Positions 1-6,824 of a DNA stretch of 8,936 nt are shown here, in pieces. The stretch is taken from assembly GCF_000150275.1 (NCBI RefSeq), contig NW_002061029.1, forward strand, positions 1 to 8,936. The letters are read 5' to 3'. Source of the DNA: Trichoplax adhaerens. Its lineage: Eukaryota > Animalia > Placozoa. The position numbers and the translations under genes were made by a program. Within the stretch, counting starts at the first letter, position 1, and each line of letters starts with the position of its first letter. The notes beneath the pieces were generated by a model, which saw only the letters and a list, made by a program, of their open reading frames with translations, ran no database searches and was not told where the DNA came from.

Positions 1-240
1 GTATTAATAATTATCATCATTTTGGCGTGGACTCTATACTACAAAAAGAATATAAGGCGCAATCGTGTAGCGAAAAAAGATGAAAGCCAAGAAAATCTAG
101 ATCATCATTTTGAACAACCAATGGTTCGAGACAAGCAGAGTAACAAAGATATTGAGTTGAATTCATTAACAGAGACGAAACCAACATCCGGGCCTAGTGG
201 TGTCGTGAATAAAGATTTTGAAGCTCATGCTAGCTTCTAG
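1..240 (+). CDS. 3' end (TM helix end + cytoplasmic tail) of an upstream single-pass membrane protein gene, 5'-partial; probable paralog of the downstream gene
   Basis: Frame 1 is open from base 1: VLIIIIILAWTLYY (hydrophobic), then KKNIRRNR (basic stop-transfer), then a polar tail ending EAHASF and TAG at 238-240. The ORF-track start at 22 is a TTG (Leu) inside the TM helix, not a true start. Confidence 0.75.
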   Translation, partial: VLIIIIILAWTLYYKKNIRRNRVAKKDESQENLDHHFEQPMVRDKQSNKDIELNSLTETKPTSGPSGVVNKDFEAHASF

Positions 241-365
241 TTCATTATAATTTTTAGTCTTTTTAATTATATAAATAACATAACATAGATTCTACCGTAC
301 ATGTAGCATAGCAAGTTAAATTCTTGAGATGTACTACGCTTCAATACGTAATAAATAATTGGCTC

Positions 366-371
366 AATAAA
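366..371 (+). promoter_or_regulatory. Candidate polyadenylation signal of the upstream gene
   Basis: First AATAAA after the stop at 240, ~125 nt downstream. The AT-rich background makes a chance match likely. Confidence 0.3.
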
Positions 372-1736
372 CTTTTGGTAGCCATGATATCTTCAATAAT
401 ACTCGTATAAAAGCTCTCGTAACGAACGTGGAAACACGACGACTCTAATTTTATATGGATATATATCGTATCGTAAGTTGTTAGATCTTTATTATCACTT
501 CAAATTAATCCACGTTTTGAAATTTTATTAGATTTAATCTTCATGCTATTTCATAGTTTCAAATCTGAATGAAATAATAAGGATACTGCTAGCAGGATTA
601 ATATGTCTTTCTCGGATTTTTATTATATTGATATCTGTAGCCTATATTACCCACACTTAGTCTATAATGATATTGCAGCCTAACTGAATGAGTGTTGGTA
701 ATCCAGTTTCTATCTTACTGAATAAATAAATAAAACAAAATAAAATCTCTGTGATGTTATGATTTGTTCTCGCAAGACTATTTGGTGCAACTCGCAGGAT
801 ACTCAGTATAATGATGGTCACTGATACCATATGCTATTACAACATTTATTATTTTTTATCAGTTTGATGATTACTGATGCAACAAGGCTTAGATGTCGTA
901 AATTATCGCTTGGCATTGTACGGTCGTGTATTGTCTTAATTGTGGCATAAAATCCCTCTTTAAACTCTTAATTAGAGGTGCACGGTATGAAATAAGACAT
1001 AATAATTCACAGTTGCATAATATAATAAATGAGCTGTCATACACTACAGTCCAGAACTGATAGGCACCATGAGCGGAGAATGCACATTGTACAGCTCTAT
1101 ACATCAGGTCGCGTTGTCAAAAAATGTAATTCGCAGCCTAAAAAATTTGAATGTATCCACGGTTTGATGGTAAACTAAGCACACGCGTATTATAATTGGA
1201 TACCGTTTTGGTTGTTACAATCACTGGTTACCAAATCATTAACATTTCTAAAATTTGTATATGCCTTATAAAACGGAGCGTTAAATTTTGATAGGTATCC
1301 ATACTAAATGTCATTTCTTGCTAAAACACCAGAATCTATCTTTCTGGCTTTGAATAAGGCTTCCGACATGCATTGATTTGTTACAGAGAATTAATAAATT
1401 ATTACCTCAAAATCGCAATTACTCGTAAATGATTGCTTGGCTATTGTTTAATGAATTTCAGGCGTTGTAAGATATATTCTGGTTTAAATAAGTAAACAAT
1501 GTAATTATAATTTTATGATGGTTATGCATTCTTTTAATTTAGGTGCACAGATTAATTGTAGTTAATTTGGAGGGATTCATTTTTACCAGTACCAGATGAA
1601 ACTTGTTAATGGTTATCATTTTATCAGCCATATTTATTGATAAGTTGGGTCATCTATAATTATTGTAATATTATAATTATATGTTGATTACTTAGTAGAA
1701 ATTCTAATGAAGTGTCTAGTAGGATAGGGTCCTACT

Positions 1737-2692
1737 NNNNNNNNNNNNNNNNNNNNNNNNNNNNNNNNNNNNNNNNNNNNNNNNNNNNNNNNNNNNNNNN
1801 NNNNNNNNNNNNNNNNNNNNNNNNNNNNNNNNNNNNNNNNNNNNNNNNNNNNNNNNNNNNNNNNNNNNNNNNNNNNNNNNNNNNNNNNNNNNNNNNNNNN
1901 NNNNNNNNNNNNNNNNNNNNNNNNNNNNNNNNNNNNNNNNNNNNNNNNNNNNNNNNNNNNNNNNNNNNNNNNNNNNNNNNNNNNNNNNNNNNNNNNNNNN
2001 NNNNNNNNNNNNNNNNNNNNNNNNNNNNNNNNNNNNNNNNNNNNNNNNNNNNNNNNNNNNNNNNNNNNNNNNNNNNNNNNNNNNNNNNNNNNNNNNNNNN
2101 NNNNNNNNNNNNNNNNNNNNNNNNNNNNNNNNNNNNNNNNNNNNNNNNNNNNNNNNNNNNNNNNNNNNNNNNNNNNNNNNNNNNNNNNNNNNNNNNNNNN
2201 NNNNNNNNNNNNNNNNNNNNNNNNNNNNNNNNNNNNNNNNNNNNNNNNNNNNNNNNNNNNNNNNNNNNNNNNNNNNNNNNNNNNNNNNNNNNNNNNNNNN
2301 NNNNNNNNNNNNNNNNNNNNNNNNNNNNNNNNNNNNNNNNNNNNNNNNNNNNNNNNNNNNNNNNNNNNNNNNNNNNNNNNNNNNNNNNNNNNNNNNNNNN
2401 NNNNNNNNNNNNNNNNNNNNNNNNNNNNNNNNNNNNNNNNNNNNNNNNNNNNNNNNNNNNNNNNNNNNNNNNNNNNNNNNNNNNNNNNNNNNNNNNNNNN
2501 NNNNNNNNNNNNNNNNNNNNNNNNNNNNNNNNNNNNNNNNNNNNNNNNNNNNNNNNNNNNNNNNNNNNNNNNNNNNNNNNNNNNNNNNNNNNNNNNNNNN
2601 NNNNNNNNNNNNNNNNNNNNNNNNNNNNNNNNNNNNNNNNNNNNNNNNNNNNNNNNNNNNNNNNNNNNNNNNNNNNNNNNNNNNNNNNNNNN
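1737..2692. other. Assembly gap (956 N)
   Basis: Run of N; the true size is unknown. Confidence 0.99.
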
Positions 2693-2793
2693 CAGTAAGA
2701 ATAGATGTAAACGTTTCATGGCTAAGATTAGATGTAGGAGTAAATATCATCCACGCAGAACATGCTCTAACGTATATCATTAGAGATACTTCT

Positions 2794-3165
2794 GTTTGTT
2801 GAGAGGTTTTCTCATTATTCTATAACCTTATTTGATATTTTTGACCCATTGGGTACACTGTAACAAGTCTACTTAATATTTTAACACTTACAGTATACGC
2901 GTATACTGTACAGTTATTAATAAATAAATATAGTATGTCGGTTTATGTTGGCTGAGAAACTTCCTCATAATTTTATACTTTCTTTATTTGCTTGATGTTT
3001 GAGCTGCATAAGGTAGATTGTAATAGGTCTATTCAATATTTTAATATTTATGTCCGATTATTATTATATACAGCATATTGGTTGAGAAGTTTTCCCATCG
3101 TTCTTACGTACTTTATTTGTTTGATATTGGGAATTGCATAGGTAAACAGTGATACGTCTATTCAA
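2794..3165. repeat. Three diverged tandem copies of a ~130-bp non-coding unit
   Basis: Shared anchors: G(T/C)TGAGA(G/A) with TGAG at 2800, 2953 and 3083; CTT(T)ATTTG; and GTCTA(C/T)T(T/C)AA at 2867, 3027 and 3156. Copies 2 and 3 align co-linearly over ~90 nt. Confidence 0.8.
2889..2910. repeat. Perfect 22-bp palindrome TACAGTATACGCGTATACTGTA
   Basis: The reverse complement of TACAGTATACG is CGTATACTGTA. TACAGT also recurs 20 nt apart (2889-2894 and 2909-2914). Confidence 0.95.
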
Positions 3166-3366
3166 GTACCGGTATCAAAAATATGCCATGTTCGTTCAAC
3201 CTTGTTTATACAGTCTAATGATGTATAGGTGTATATTGGCGACGTTATTCATCGTTTCATTTCAAATATACCTCAAATTGTTTTGAGGTGTTTGTCAGAA
3301 TCTCAATAAAATACGGTTTAATCGTGCTCATAATATTTTCCTTTCGTGCAATATAGGTATTCGATG

Positions 3367-3552
3367 CCCATTTACGTGTCCGTATGCAATTAAAGATGCT
3401 GTAGCTTATCTTACCTATTTATATGACTAGTTTACATAATTTACCGTACTGTGCGCATACAATTAAAGATACTGAAATTATCTGACCCATTTACATAATT
3501 TATATGTGCACAAGCAATTAAAGATGCTGTAGATTGTCCGTAGATTATCTTA
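3367..3552. repeat. Three-copy degenerate minisatellite (~55-73 bp unit)
   Basis: CAATTAAAGAT(G/A)CTG at 3387, 3460 and 3515. The flanks TTATCT(T/G)ACC, CCCATTTAC and TTTACATAATTTA also recur. Confidence 0.85.
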
Positions 3553-3681
3553 GAAAAATACGATAGATTGCAAGTGAGAAATAAGTTGAAATTTCCCGCG
3601 AGTACCATACAGTATACTGTACTGTAATATGCTTACCTAGTATTTCCAATACGTTCCATCACGTATCAATGCTATCAGTAA

Positions 3682-4105
3682 TACACTAGTGCCTACCGGT
3701 CTGAGAATGGAGATCATACATTTACCAACGTAGAAGTAGCTAAAGCATCCAATAGCATCAGGATTATCTGTCGAAGTGACTTTGTTAACCTAGATACTGA
3801 CTGTGGCATTTAATGGGCCCGAGGAAATTAAAGGTACCACAGCAGGATTACTATATACTTGGAAAAACAATATGAAAGATGATTTTGAGCGACCAGATGG
3901 AAGCTATATAGATATTAATTCCACGGAATCTTAGATATATATTATAATTTTGGTCAGTTATGGATGATCAATGCAACTGATTCTCTATTTACTTATCCTA
4001 AAGGCCAAATAAGTGGCTAGCGATTTCCACTAATACAAGTTTTATGCCGATACTTAGTGATAACATCCGACAACTTTTTTGGCAATAACTCTGTAACGGT
4101 TTTAG
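3682..4105 (+). pseudogene. Decayed exon encoding the C-terminal half of a MUC4/SUSD2/Mesh-type VWD domain plus linker (absent from the ORF track)
   Basis: Frame 2 (3755-3940) reads ASGLSVEVTLLT*ILTVAFNGPEEIKGTTAGLLYTWKNNMKDDFERPDGSYIDINSTES*IY. Frame 1 (3943-4008) reads YNFGQLWMINATDSLFTYPKGQ, and frame 3 then reads NTSFMPILSDNIRQLF. This matches the MUC4/SUSD2 pattern T.GLLG.WN.N..DDF..P.G...E..I..FG..W.I....SLFTY...F.P.F (recalled, not searched). Confidence 0.8.
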
Positions 4106-4358
4106 GTAAGTCTTTATTTAAGAGCCTGTCCTACTCCTTGCTCATACATGTACATCTGTCGCAGCTGGTCTCTTATCCAGTGATTATATATGTTGTATAT
4201 CAAACGTTATCATAATGACTATTTATCCCTAATACTTTAATACAGTATTCATATTTAAAGCGTACCAAGTCATAAGCAACACATCTAATACTATGAACCA
4301 TACGAATGTACATACAATGACGTATACTGTCACATCTCCTTCTCCTTCTTTATCGTAG
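4106..4358 (+). other. Putative intron between the VWD exon and the EGF exon
   Basis: Consensus donor AG|GTAAGT at 4106. A pyrimidine tract CATCTCCTTCTCCTTCTTTATCGTAG ends in AG at 4357-4358, with an alternative AG at 4372-4373. No domain similarity in between. Confidence 0.5.
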
Positions 4359-4395
4359 TACTAGTTTATATAGTGCAATCATCAAGCTATGTTAA

Positions 4396-5222
4396 GCTAA
4401 TGGAACAACTAGCTCGAAAATTAATGAATGCTTAACAGATACCAATATGTATGTATTCAATCAATTCTTACTGCTTTAATAGGAATGGGTCATATACATG
4501 TACCTGTATGCCAGGCTATGCTGGAGATGGATATAGATGCCAAGATATCAATGAATGTATTACTAGTAACTCATGTAGTGATAATGCGGATTGTATGAAT
4601 ACTGATGGTTCACATATTTGTATATGCAAGCAAAGCTTTCATGGCAATGGAACAACATTCAATGATGTTAATGAATGCCTTTACGGTAACCATTCATGCT
4701 TAGTTGTTTCTGATTGCTTAAACAAGAACGGGTCTGACACCTGCAACTGCTATCCAGGCTATACTAGAAATGGCTTTGTATATCAGGATATATCGATGAG
4801 TGTACCTTCAGTAACCAATGTGACTCCAATGCCGACTGTACCAACAATGTAGGATCTTATAATTGCCGACATAAAAATGGATATATTGGCAGCTGTAGAT
4901 CATGCTCAGATATAAATAAATGTGCTACTAGTATTCATTCATGTTCTATAAATGCTTCGTGTGGTACTATTAACGGATCTTATACATATACTCGTATATG
5001 CAATACTGGCTATATAGGGAACAAATTTACTAGTAAAGATGTAGATGAGTGTACCACAAATGATTATAATCAATGTGATCTCAATGTCAACTGTACTAAT
5101 AATATTGGTTCTTATATTTGCTATTACAGACATGGTTATACCGGTAATGGTAGATCGTACGTAGATATCAATGAATGTATTGTGGGGTAATCACATTTCT
5201 TGCGCAAAAGCCACCTGTAATA
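4396..5222 (+). pseudogene. Six decayed calcium-binding EGF repeats plus one truncated repeat
   Basis: Frame 1 gives ANGTTSSKINECLTDTNM. An ATGT duplication shifts to frame 2 (ORF 4451, to QDI at ~4790). An AT insertion shifts to frame 1 for 4792-5187 (IDECTFSNQCDSNADCTNNVGSYNC...DINECIVG). An extra G shifts to frame 2 (GNHISCAKATCN). D-I/V-N/D-E-C starts and C-x-N-x4-Y-x-C motifs are present, but about 8 of 36 Cys are substituted. Confidence 0.9.
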
Positions 5223-6503
5223 AGTCACCTGTCTAATAATTGTAGCCAAATTTGTAATAACACCGTCGGAAGTTATACATGTTCATGTATTCAAGGTTAC
5301 GAGTTAAGTAGTGATAAACTTACTTGCGTGGATATAAATGAATGCCAACGATTTAGACCATGTGACCAAGTTTGTATTAATACAGAAGGATCGTTTACAT
5401 GTGAATGTGAACAAGGTTTTGAACTAAATAATAACAACCTAACATGTAGCGTTAGCGATCCATGTGATTTTGGACATAATTGTTCGCAAATTTGCGCCTA
5501 TATAAAGGGGTCTGAAATATGTTCATGTATGAAAGGTTACGCGCTAACATATGGAAGCCAGACTGAGTGTGAAGATGTCGATGAATGCAGCCTCAATCCT
5601 AGTCCATGTAATCAACTATGTACAAACAGCGATGGTAGCTATACATGTAGTTGTATGAACGGCTATCGATTTGGTTCAGATGGTTGGACATGTTACGATA
5701 TTAATGAATGTTTAGAAAATAATCCCTGTAGTCAAAATGCAAACTGTACCAACGCACCTGGTTTATATTCTTGTCAATGCAAAATTGGTTATACTGGCAA
5801 TGGTAAAATTTGTAGCGATATCGATGAATGTTTAACAGGTTCAAATATGTGTTCTTCTAACGCTAGTTGTATGAACAACAATGGATCATACTCTTGTATG
5901 TGCAAGCCAGGCTTTATAGGGAATGGATATACATGTCAGGATGTCAATGAATGTTCAACAATGTTTAATTGCAATACTAATGAGATAAACAATTGTACAT
6001 CTGGATTACGCCGGTGCTCAGTTAATGCGGCTTGTAGTAACAGCATTGGATCGTATACATGTGGTTGTAATAGTGGCTATTCAGGAGATGGATTTACTTG
6101 TCAGGATATCGATGAATGCAATGCTACTAGTCTCAATATGTGCGTTAATAATTTTCAGTGTATTAACACTAATGGATCATATCAATGCAAGTGTAACGCT
6201 GGTTATTTTGGAAATGCACGAATTAATTGCAGTGACGTCGATGAATGCTCAAGTAACCAATATAATTGTCATAGTAATGCTCATTGTACTAATACTCCAG
6301 GATCATTTACGTGCCACTGTAAACCAGGTTATTATGGCAACGGTGTTACTTGCGCTGCTGTCGTTACCTGTGACGGAAATAATAACTGCACTAATAGAGC
6401 AACCTGTATGATATTTGAGAATAAGTATTATTGCAGCTGCAAACTTGGATACTATTCTAACAATACATTACCGCAAATTTAACTTCAAAGCGATTCTCAC
6501 TGT
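5223..6503 (+). CDS. Well-preserved array of ~10 EGF/cbEGF repeats plus one truncated repeat, with an in-frame TAA at 6480-6482 inside the last repeat
   Basis: This is ORF 5175-6482; residues before ~5223 are out-of-register junk. Repeated D(I/V)(N/D)EC...C-x-N-x-x-G-S-(Y/F)-x-C-x-C-x-x-G-(Y/F) with a full six-Cys pattern. The same frame continues after the TAA as LQSDSHC, which supplies the sixth Cys. Confidence 0.9.
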
Positions 6504-6512
6504 CAACAAGGC

Positions 6513-6824
6513 AAGGTCTTTTTTGGAAGTCTTAAAATTGGTGGTACATTCACATCAGACTTGAACAATTCAAATTCTGCTATATTTCAAACACTTAAGC
6601 AGCAGATTACTTCAGTATTAACTTTAGCCCTTGAATCTTCTTCGGTAACCAAAGATGGTTTCGAACGAGTAGAGGTTACAGGATTCAAAGCTGGTAGTAT
6701 CATTGCTGAATATTATCCGATATTTAAGCAAAATTCTAATATTAATCCAAACCAAATTGCTAGTATCATATCTACTGGCTCAGTTACTATCCAAGGACAA
6801 CCGATACAAAATGTCACAGTTACC
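6513..6824 (+). CDS. SEA domain with autoproteolysis motif FKAG|SIIA (G|SII at 6693-6704)
   Basis: KVFFGSLKIGGTFTSDLNNSNSAIFQTLKQQI...VEVTGFKAGSIIAEY shows the SEA hallmarks F..DL.N..S..F..L...I and F..GS(V/I)(V/I), compare MUC1 FRPG|SVVV. The domain begins upstream of the ORF-track start at 6561, which is a TTG (Leu). Confidence 0.85.

Noticed and set aside
226-240. C-terminal -HASF as a PDZ-binding motif
   Set aside because: Only a weak class II fit (Ala at -2) and not shared by the downstream gene.
721-745. (TAAA)n / A-rich tract as a retroelement tail
   Set aside because: Short simple repeat in AT-rich DNA, with no element body or target-site duplication.
889-1372. Minus-strand ORF 889-1104 and neighbouring stop-interrupted frames; 7-bp inverted repeat GAGCTGT/ACAGCTC (1031/1092)
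   Set aside because: No recognisable domain, several stops, and the inverted repeat is too short with no target-site duplication.
1688-2780. Three long ORFs (1688-2719, 1712-2698, 1716-2780)
   Set aside because: Artefacts of translating through the N gap.
3367-3552. CRISPR-like look (repeat CAATTAAAGATGCTG with spacers)
   Set aside because: The spacers resemble each other, spacing is irregular, the context is eukaryotic and there are no cas genes. It is a minisatellite.
4790-4852. Thr/Pro/Ser-rich mucin-like end of ORF 4451-4852 (SMSVPSVTNVTPMPTVPTM)
   Set aside because: Out-of-frame reading of an EGF repeat after the 2-nt insertion; not a PTS domain.
6425-6490. Small intron (GTATTA...TTCAAAG) that would remove the TAA
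   Set aside because: The donor is weak, and splicing would delete the conserved YYCSC..GY core of an otherwise complete EGF.
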